Below the pieces are notes generated by a model that saw nothing but the letters and a program-made list of their open reading frames with translations, did not search any database and was not told the origin of the DNA. The translations under genes were made by a program, and so were the position numbers. A DNA stretch of 50,845 nucleotides from Desulfobacteraceae bacterium (GTDB taxonomy: Bacteria > Desulfobacterota > DSM-4660 > Desulfatiglandales > HGW-15): the NCBI GenBank assembly GCA_050050615.1, contig JASFTV010000001.1:1-50845 (forward strand), written 5' to 3'. Below, piece after piece: positions 9,151 to 15,981 of the stretch; within the stretch, counting starts at the first letter, position 1, and each line of letters opens with the position of its first letter.

Positions 9151-9290
9151 TAATACAAACGCACTTAATATGTTTACATGTCATTGCGAGCCCGTAGGGC
9201 GCAGCAATCTCGTTTTCATTGGGATTGCTTCGTCCCCCGCATCAAGTGCGGGGTCCTCGCAATGACAGTTTTCTTAACGCGTTTGTATTA
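9151..9290. repeat. 140-bp nested palindromic element
   Basis: It has a perfect 12-bp TIR, TAATACAAACGC (9151-9162) / GCGTTTGTATTA (9279-9290). Inner arms are GTCATTGCGAG (9180-9190) / CTCGCAATGAC (9256-9266). The same inner module occurs at 47946-48068. Confidence 0.75.
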
Positions 9291-9332
9291 GTTCAAAGTT
9301 AGCGCTAAATGGATCGAAAGGAGGAAAGAAGA

Positions 9333-10727
9333 ATGGTAGATAGGGAGAAAAGAATATCCGAGATACTCAGTCTCTTTGTGTTAGCCTTCAGACAATCCCA
9401 TGGAGTTTGCCCAGAGAGGATCCTAAGGAATATTATACTGAATCTATTGGTCCTTGTTGTTTCGATCGCTCTGATATCCTGCAAAGCAAAACCGACCCTC
9501 AACGAGATAGAGAATATCCAAACTGTCCACCTCCGTGTCGAGCAAACCTATTCGAATGTTGAAGAAGACATCGTCCTACCCATAGAGGAGATGCTCTCGG
9601 ATTTGCTGAGCGGGAGGGAGGTGGAAGTTGTCGCCGAGGATGAATCCTGTGATGCCACTTTGACGATTTCTCTTAAGGGCAAGCCCCGGAAAGCCACTTT
9701 CACCAAGCCTCGCAAGATGACCTTTTACGAAGCTGCAGTTGTGAATGGTGTAGCGCGGCTCTCAATGGAGGGATACGCTTCCAAAAAAGTAGATCTTAGC
9801 GGCTCAAAACACTATTACTCAACGACTTACTATCCTCACAGCAACACCGATCCAAGAAAGCCGTTGATATATGCCGCTAAAAACGCATTGGTCAAAATGC
9901 TCATTGAGCTCTGGGGCCCCTCTATTCTTCTTGTGGTCTGGCAAGATCGCAGCTATTACGGCGTGAACAAGGCGATTGATGAGATCGTCGATGAACCTGC
10001 CAACATTGTGCCTGTCATACTCCAAGCTCTCAAACGTGACAACGTGTATACCCGGCGGTCAGCCATTCATGCACTGGACGAATTCACGAGGACACACAAG
10101 TACAACGTCCCAGGCAAAAGGGAGTACAAAATCGTGAAAATGAGTTTAGATGTACGACAAGCTGTACTCAGAGATCTTGGTTCCGTTGTCGAGGCCATAA
10201 AGGACGAAGATGAGCGGGTGAGCGGGACGGCTATGCGAATACTTGAAAGGTTTGGTCAAGAGGCAAAGCAGGCAATCCCTGCGCTGCACGAGGCGCTAAA
10301 AAGCGATAACAAGGATGTGCGCGCCAGGGCCCTCCGAACGCTTGGAACTATTGCGGAGCCAAAAGAGAGTGTCCGCCTTCTCATCAAAGCATTGCAGAGT
10401 GACAGCAATGATGTGCGTCGATCTGCCTTGATTGCGCTGGGCCACCTGGGGGCGGAGGCGGAAGAAGCCCTTCCCCAGATCATCAAGATTTTGGATGATG
10501 AGGGAGAAAATCCCAACATTCGCGATAATGCTGCCAGAGCGCTGAAGAAATTTGGCCCGCACGGCCGAGACGCTGTTCCTGCTCTCATCCGTGCCTTAAA
10601 GACCGATGCTCCATTTTTGCCTCATAGTGCCGCGAAGTCATTGCAGGCAATTACCGGGCAGGATTTCGGTCGAGCTGCCGAGAAGTGGCAACAGTGGTGG
10701 GAGACACAAGGTAGGGGACGGGGCTAA
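9333..10727 (+). CDS. HEAT-repeat protein with N-terminal hydrophobic anchor (possible lipobox LISC)
   Basis: Track ORF 9309-10727. ATG 9333 follows AAGGAGG. The C-terminal half carries repeated ...VR..A..ALG.IG..A..A.P.L...L.D... units (HEAT/PBS-lyase type). Confidence 0.7.
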   Translation: MVDREKRISEILSLFVLAFRQSHGVCPERILRNIILNLLVLVVSIALISCKAKPTLNEIENIQTVHLRVEQTYSNVEEDIVLPIEEMLSDLLSGREVEVVAEDESCDATLTISLKGKPRKATFTKPRKMTFYEAAVVNGVARLSMEGYASKKVDLSGSKHYYSTTYYPHSNTDPRKPLIYAAKNALVKMLIELWGPSILLVVWQDRSYYGVNKAIDEIVDEPANIVPVILQALKRDNVYTRRSAIHALDEFTRTHKYNVPGKREYKIVKMSLDVRQAVLRDLGSVVEAIKDEDERVSGTAMRILERFGQEAKQAIPALHEALKSDNKDVRARALRTLGTIAEPKESVRLLIKALQSDSNDVRRSALIALGHLGAEAEEALPQIIKILDDEGENPNIRDNAARALKKFGPHGRDAVPALIRALKTDAPFLPHSAAKSLQAITGQDFGRAAEKWQQWWETQGRGRG

Positions 10728-10951
10728 ATAAACATCCCCTTCTTGCTGCGACTTGCACCTTTTCAAATCCTGTTGGACATGTCAATATACCTGGAAATGG
10801 GCAAGAAGATCTGGATTGAAAGGATAGACCTGTTCTCGGTTAGGTGAGAAAACAGCTGAAAGACCTATAGCGGCTTTATGAAGAAGGGAAAACCTTGGAA
10901 CAGGCGGTTTAGTCCTTCAAGGGAGCCGCCATTTTCCATAGTGGCCGATCC

Positions 10952-11803
10952 ATGATAACAAGAGATCAAGAAGAATTTATATTGGCTAGGGCTTATGTCC
11001 CGGAACACATAGTCGGGTTGATGACACGAGTATCAGGTGGAGAACCCTTCCTCATCGAAAGCTATTTTTGTTGCCGAAAGGAAGACTGGGTTATTCTCGT
11101 AGGCTATCCCCTTGACAGGGATTTCACTCTGGATGAACTTGAAACCCTCATTGATAAAATCAAAAAGAGATTCCGCCCGGGACAGTTCTCCCTTATCGCG
11201 CCGGACATACCACCCTCATTCGTCGGGTCCTGCCAAGAAAGGGAGAGCGATGATTATTTTACGCTGGATATTCCGGTTACCACGATAAAGAGTGGCATAA
11301 GGCGCCTGATAAACAAGGCAAAGGAAAACGTAAAGGTAGAACGTGCCACAAAAATTCGGAAAGCACACCAAGAACTCACAAGGGAATTTATCGAGAGAGC
11401 TAAGCCACCTGCTCGAGTTAAGAATCTTCTATCCAAGATCGCGGATTATGTGGGGCATTCAAAGGAGGTCTTCGTTTTGAACGCTTGGGATGCAGGAAAT
11501 AATTTGACGGCCTTCTATGTGGTTGATCTTGCGGCGAAGGATTTCACTGCTTATGTTGTAGGGTGTCATTCCAAAGCGAATTACGCCGCGGGAGCCTCTG
11601 ATCTGTTGTGCCTTGAAATGATCAAGATGAGCATGGAATACGGTAAGAATTATATTCACCTTGGTCTAGGGGTAAACAGGGGCATCCGGCAATTTAAGAA
11701 AAAATGGGGGGGCACGCCCACCCGAAGATACGAAATGTGTGAACTTGTATTTAGGAGGCCTTCCATACTTGCTGCCTTGAGGGCAATGGGGAAAATCTCT
11801 TGA
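10952..11803 (+). CDS. Hypothetical protein; the C-terminal half is reminiscent of FemAB/GNAT-fold acyltransferases
   Basis: 283-aa ORF with normal coding composition. The function guess rests only on the ...YIHLGLGVNRGIRQFKKKWGG... tail and is weak. Confidence 0.4.
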   Translation: MITRDQEEFILARAYVPEHIVGLMTRVSGGEPFLIESYFCCRKEDWVILVGYPLDRDFTLDELETLIDKIKKRFRPGQFSLIAPDIPPSFVGSCQERESDDYFTLDIPVTTIKSGIRRLINKAKENVKVERATKIRKAHQELTREFIERAKPPARVKNLLSKIADYVGHSKEVFVLNAWDAGNNLTAFYVVDLAAKDFTAYVVGCHSKANYAAGASDLLCLEMIKMSMEYGKNYIHLGLGVNRGIRQFKKKWGGTPTRRYEMCELVFRRPSILAALRAMGKIS

Positions 11804-11827
11804 AGGAAACAAAGAGAGAGAAGAAAT

Positions 11828-12667
11828 ATGTTTTTCAAGAAATCCAGAGAAAAAGAACTAAGAATGATTTGCCAGGTAAAAAAGGGCAACGAGGAATCAT
11901 ATCTTGTGGGGACCGCGCATCTCTTCCCTTACAGTTTCAGGAGTTCGCTCTTCCGATATATTGAAAATGCCAGTACCGTACTGTTTGAAGGACCCCTTGA
12001 CCAGGAGAATATGGCCAGGGTCGTGAAGGCGGGCCTAGAAGTGGAAAATCCTTCGCATCTGTTTGATGAAATGGACAAGCAAACCATTCTTCGTGTTTCC
12101 GAAATGCTCATCCCCACCTGTCGAATCAAGAGCCCGTTCCTCTTTTTCAACCCTCGCACCCTAAGCACAGAGAACCCGGTATATGAAATGGTAAAGGGAA
12201 TGAAGCCCTGGTTGGCTTTTTTTGCGATATGGTTCAATTTCCTGAGAAGAAATGGGTGGCAGCATTCGGTCGATGAGGAAGCTTACTCTATCGCCCGGGA
12301 AACGGGCAAGCCAGTCATTTTTCTCGAAACCATAGAAGAGCAGATAAAAGTTCTGGAAAACCTGTCGCACGAAAAGATTCTCTACTTCCTGGAACAGGTT
12401 GATCACTGGAATGCTTATGCGCAGAAATATGTGAAATGTTATCTGAAAGGAGATCTGGAAAACCTGACACCCATGTGGAGCAGATTCCCCACGCGCCATG
12501 GCTCGGTCATAGGCCGACGCGACCGCATACTATATGAAAGGATGGCGCGTTACTTGAAAAAGGGAGATGCCGTGGCATTTGTAGGTGCACCTCACCTCCG
12601 GGGCATAGGTCAGATGCTTCGCGCCGACGGCTTCGAAATCCAAGGCCCACCAGGAACACGCTCGTAA
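11828..12667 (+). CDS. TraB/GumN (TIKI-like) family protein
   Basis: 279 aa, starting 24 nt after the previous gene. It has SYLVGTAHLFP (GTxH motif) and AFVGAPHLRGIGQML (HL.G motif), characteristic of the family. Confidence 0.7.
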   Translation: MFFKKSREKELRMICQVKKGNEESYLVGTAHLFPYSFRSSLFRYIENASTVLFEGPLDQENMARVVKAGLEVENPSHLFDEMDKQTILRVSEMLIPTCRIKSPFLFFNPRTLSTENPVYEMVKGMKPWLAFFAIWFNFLRRNGWQHSVDEEAYSIARETGKPVIFLETIEEQIKVLENLSHEKILYFLEQVDHWNAYAQKYVKCYLKGDLENLTPMWSRFPTRHGSVIGRRDRILYERMARYLKKGDAVAFVGAPHLRGIGQMLRADGFEIQGPPGTRS

Positions 12668-13239
12668 GGCGTCTGCAGCACGTACCGCTTAGGATCACTA
12701 TTCACGCCGTCCATAAGAACTACCGCGGTCTGTTTCCAACATCGAATCCACAAGCGAGCACCTTGACCATCAAAGGGATAGCTACGAAGGCTCCCACGGA
12801 CCTCAGAATTTGGGCAAGGCGCTCGATCTTTGCCCACCAACCCATAAGGCCCCAGATCCTTGCGGCGGTAAGCCGTGTTTCCCTGTCCGTCAAATGCATA
12901 TACGGGCTCTTGCTTTCTCTGCTACGGATAACGCTTCTCGAACAGCCGCCATGGCTTCTGTGACCATGCCATTCGCATATTATGCCTCTTCGAGGGCGAC
13001 AAGGAACATAGGGGTCGCCCCGAATGATCCCCATAGCGGGCAAACCATATTTGAATCCTCCTCCCTTGCATCACCGGTACTCCCAAAATATACTGCACTC
13101 ATTGAGGAAAAAGTGGTCGACCACAACATCATGAGGTGGTTTCACCCTTGACACACAAGGTCTATTTCTCTACACTCGTTCCCCAAAAAAGCGGGTTCTT
13201 ATCCCTCTGAATATCCAGTTTGTTGTAACACAAATGACT

Positions 13240-13301
13240 TATCCAAATGACAATGACGGCCCCCCGCTGCGATTGAAATATGTCAAGTTGTTTGCGATAC
13301 A
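13240..13301 (+). promoter_or_regulatory. Conserved upstream block (copy A) facing the 13374 gene
   Basis: 13255-13299 is near-identical to the reverse complement of 19224-19267. It contains TTGAAA (13273-13278), a 17-nt spacer and GATACA (13296-13301), plus the near-palindrome TTGAAATATGTCAA. Confidence 0.5.
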
Positions 13302-13373
13302 GAATACTAGTAGTTCGTTTTTTGACAACATCCCTCTCGTTCAGGTTAAGGGATACAGAAGAAGGAAAGGTCA

Positions 13374-13694
13374 ATGAGCCGACCTGATATTTACTGGACC
13401 GGAGAGTCCGGAAGGCAGTATGGGTATTGGATTTATGCGATAGAAGCGCAGTTCCGGAAGATTGCTGGGAACTTCATCTTCGCCAAGAGAACGGAGACGG
13501 GGGAATGGGTACCCATTTACATCGGGCACACCAGGGATTTTGATGAAGGCATGGGGGATCAGGAAAAGGAAGCTTGTGCAAAAGGCCATGGAGCCACGCA
13601 CGCTCATGTGCATTTCAGCTCCCCGGATGAGCATGTGCGAAAGGCCGAAATGGCAGATTTGGTCGCCCGATGGAAACCTGTGTGCAATAGCTGA
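13374..13694 (+). CDS. Small protein with GIY-YIG-like motif spacing (function unproven)
   Basis: 106 aa, with an AAGGAAAGG Shine-Dalgarno 4 nt before the ATG. The pattern GNFIFAK-(10)-PIYIGHT...HGATHAHVH...E...N resembles GIY...YIG nuclease cores. Confidence 0.45.
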   Translation: MSRPDIYWTGESGRQYGYWIYAIEAQFRKIAGNFIFAKRTETGEWVPIYIGHTRDFDEGMGDQEKEACAKGHGATHAHVHFSSPDEHVRKAEMADLVARWKPVCNS

Positions 13695-13846
13695 GGTTAA
13701 CGGTATACCCAAAAGCGCGGCAGAGAGCCCCGTCCACAAGCGCGGGGAGATTCACTATAGGGCAGGATTAGTTGGCTTGGTCCCTAATTTTTTAGTGACG
13801 TTCAAAAGTGTTGGCATGGACTGGGTTCGAATGTGTTTTGTGTTTT

Positions 13847-14034
13847 GCAGGCCGTGCCACTTTTCTCAAGGGGATATCTATTTGCCTACTGGGCGGTGAC
13901 CGGAAATTCGGGGTTTGACATGTTCATGGGACATTCCCAGGTGTTTCCGGGCGTAGACCCCGAATTTCCGGCCACTGCAAGGTCAGGTGCGATTTTTCTG
14001 TGAGATATCCCCTTTCGAAAAGGTCATGGCCTGC
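13847..14034. repeat. 188-bp long imperfect palindrome (GATATC-arm family)
   Basis: Outer arms are GCAGGCCGTGCCACTTTTCTCAAGGGGATATCT (13847-13879) and AGATATCCCCTTTCGAAAAGGTCATGGCCTGC (14003-14034). Inner perfect 15-bp arms are CCGGAAATTCGGGGT (13900-13914) and ACCCCGAATTTCCGG (13957-13971). Confidence 0.75.
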
Positions 14035-14085
14035 TTTTGAATGAATTAAAATGGAAATGAATCATGTGTATGGCTTCGTGCTATG

Positions 14086-14577
14086 TCAACACTTTTGAAC
14101 GTTACCAATTTTCTTGATTATGTCTGTGGTGGAATAGCCGGCAATAAAGGGGATACGCTTCACTTCTCCACCTGCCTTTTTGACGATATCGGCTCCAATA
14201 ATCTCATCTTCAGCCCAATCTTCCCCTTTAACCAGAACATCCGGCACGAGATGCTGGATCACTTTCAGAGGATTGTCTTCGTCAAAGAGGACCACCCCGT
14301 CCACGCAGCTCAAAGCAGCCAGGAGCTCCGTCCTTTGCCCCTCGCCCATGATCGGCCTTCCTTCCCCTTTGATCGCCCTGACGGATCTATCGCTATTAAT
14401 AGCCACGACCAAATAATCCCCCAATTCCCTTGCAGCATAGAGATATCGGGTGTGGCCTGCATGGAGAATGTCAAAAACGCCGTTTGTAAATACGATACGT
14501 TTCCCTTCAGCCCTGAGCTGATCAATCTCTTCCTTGATTGCTGAGATTTGTTTTACCTTCAAACGATATTTTTCCAT
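14086..14577 (-). CDS. Cytidylyltransferase-like protein, RfaE/HldE domain II type (D-beta-D-heptose 1-phosphate adenylyltransferase)
   Basis: Track ORF 14086-14661. Sequence includes IVFTNGVFDILHAGHTRYL ... VAINSDRSV ... VKGEDW. The start is uncertain (14577 or 14589). Confidence 0.8.
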   Translation of the reverse strand: MEKYRLKVKQISAIKEEIDQLRAEGKRIVFTNGVFDILHAGHTRYLYAARELGDYLVVAINSDRSVRAIKGEGRPIMGEGQRTELLAALSCVDGVVLFDEDNPLKVIQHLVPDVLVKGEDWAEDEIIGADIVKKAGGEVKRIPFIAGYSTTDIIKKIGNVQKC

Positions 14578-14611
14578 GCTCAGTACCATCCATAAGCAGA
14601 ATTCTTCGCGC

Positions 14612-15373
14612 TCATTGTGATTGGTGCGACTGCCCAACCGAAGTCCTTGCCAATACCACACAGAACACCTTTTCAGCGCGGGATCTCTTAAGCATACGGG
14701 CGCATTCGTTCAGGGTGTTGCCGGTGGTGGCCACATCATCCACGAGCACAACGACCCGTCCTTTGACAGCCTTTGGAGCTATTACCTCAAAGGCCCTCCG
14801 TATGTTTTTCCGTCTTTCATCGCTCTTAAGCCCTGTCTGTGGCCTTGTATATCTTATCCTTCTTAGGGACAAAAAGTCCAGTTCCGCACCGAGCCACGAA
14901 GCCACATGGCGCGCCAAGAGAAGACTCTGGTTGAATCCCCTCTCCCGCAATCTTTTGTGGTGGAGAGGGACGGGCATGACCAAAAGGTCATCACTTTGTT
15001 TCAGCCAGCTTTGGGCAAAGGAACCTAGAAGGGACCCCAGAGCGCTGGCAAGGTGGCTTCTCTGGGCATATTTGAATTCGTGAACAGCTCTCATCAGACT
15101 CGATTCATAGAGGTAGGGGGCGCGCGTCCTGTCATAGAGAGGCTTTTTTCTCAAACAATCTTCACAGTGATGGTCTTGTTCAATCCCTGCCGCAAAAGGT
15201 CGGCCGCACAGGGGGCAAAGGGGTGAAGTGATTTCAGAAAAGCCATCAAAGCAAACTTGACAGAAAGGGAATTCCAACCCATCGGCATTCGCCTTGGTTC
15301 CCCTCAGGAACGTTTGGCAGATACCACATCTGGGAGGGTAGATGAGGTCTATTAAATGCTTGAAAGGGTTCAT
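14612..15373 (-). CDS. comF: ComF-family phosphoribosyltransferase-like protein
   Basis: 253 aa with N-terminal Cys pairs (PPRCGIC, CQVC, CPLCG, CEDC), then ERGFNQS and the VLVDDVATTGNT PRTase motif. Confidence 0.85.
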   Translation of the reverse strand: MNPFKHLIDLIYPPRCGICQTFLRGTKANADGLEFPFCQVCFDGFSEITSPLCPLCGRPFAAGIEQDHHCEDCLRKKPLYDRTRAPYLYESSLMRAVHEFKYAQRSHLASALGSLLGSFAQSWLKQSDDLLVMPVPLHHKRLRERGFNQSLLLARHVASWLGAELDFLSLRRIRYTRPQTGLKSDERRKNIRRAFEVIAPKAVKGRVVVLVDDVATTGNTLNECARMLKRSRAEKVFCVVLARTSVGQSHQSQ

Positions 15374-15450
15374 TGCTCAAAACCTGGGAAAGTGGCATCG
15401 AGACCCGTAACCGCTATGAGACGCCATCTTTCCATGACTCTACCACGTCA

Positions 15451-15825
15451 TTACTCCAATCTTCTCCCCTGCCTCACAAATTCCTCAAAGGAACAGTCAG
15501 GATTGATGCCGGGGCAGGCCTCTTTTGCCATCTCCCAGGTCTCCTTATCCTTGAGCAGGGCAGGGTAAAAGGGCCATAGAGCACAGAGCCGTGGCTTGAC
15601 CGGATGGATCAGACAAAGCCTTTCTTGATCGTAAAGGATGCAGTAACCGTCCGGTCCGGTCTTGATAGAGATCTTGTTATTTTCTTCGTGGCAAAACTGG
15701 GAGATGAAAGCTTGCCTAAGGATTTCCAGGAAACCGGCGATTCTATCAATTTCTTCGATCTGAACGGTGGTGCCACCCTCACCGTAGCAACAGGTTCCGC
15801 ATTTCTTACATTCAAACGCTTTCAT
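15451..15825 (-). CDS. YkgJ-family cysteine-cluster protein (CxxCxxCC)
   Basis: 124 aa with CKKCGTCC near the N-terminus and CILYD...CLIHPVKPRLC. Confidence 0.8.
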   Translation of the reverse strand: MKAFECKKCGTCCYGEGGTTVQIEEIDRIAGFLEILRQAFISQFCHEENNKISIKTGPDGYCILYDQERLCLIHPVKPRLCALWPFYPALLKDKETWEMAKEACPGINPDCSFEEFVRQGRRLE

Positions 15826-15925
15826 AGGTTAAGTAGGCCAAAGTGAGTAAAGTGACTGGATTGAATGAAAGTGCCAAAAGCGAAATAAAGCGAGTAAAGG
15901 AGTGCGCGCGTGATTCCCAAAGAAA

Positions 15926-15981
15926 GCAATCAACGAATTAGCCAATAAACCAGTCAACCAATCGGCCAATCAACAAATTAA
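15926..15981. repeat. Seven tandem octamers, consensus CCAATCAA
   Basis: The units are GCAATCAA CGAATTAG CCAATAAA CCAGTCAA CCAATCGG CCAATCAA CAAATTAA. The array overlaps the last four codons and the stop of the helicase gene. Confidence 0.8.

Noticed and set aside
8972-9184. Track ORFs 8972-9184 (-) and 9305-9502 (-)
   Set aside because: The first starts inside the 9151-9290 repeat and runs through promoter DNA. The second is antisense to the HEAT-protein gene start.
12740-12760. ATCGAATCC motif resembling a tRNA T-loop
   Set aside because: No complementary T-stem, acceptor stem or anticodon arm could be drawn around it on either strand.
13162-13739. Minus-strand ORFs 13162-13374 and 13371-13739, and + ORF 13462-13899
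   Set aside because: They overlap the promoter block or the better-supported 13374-13694 gene, which has a Shine-Dalgarno and a GIY-YIG-like motif. The 13462 ORF runs into the palindromic repeat.
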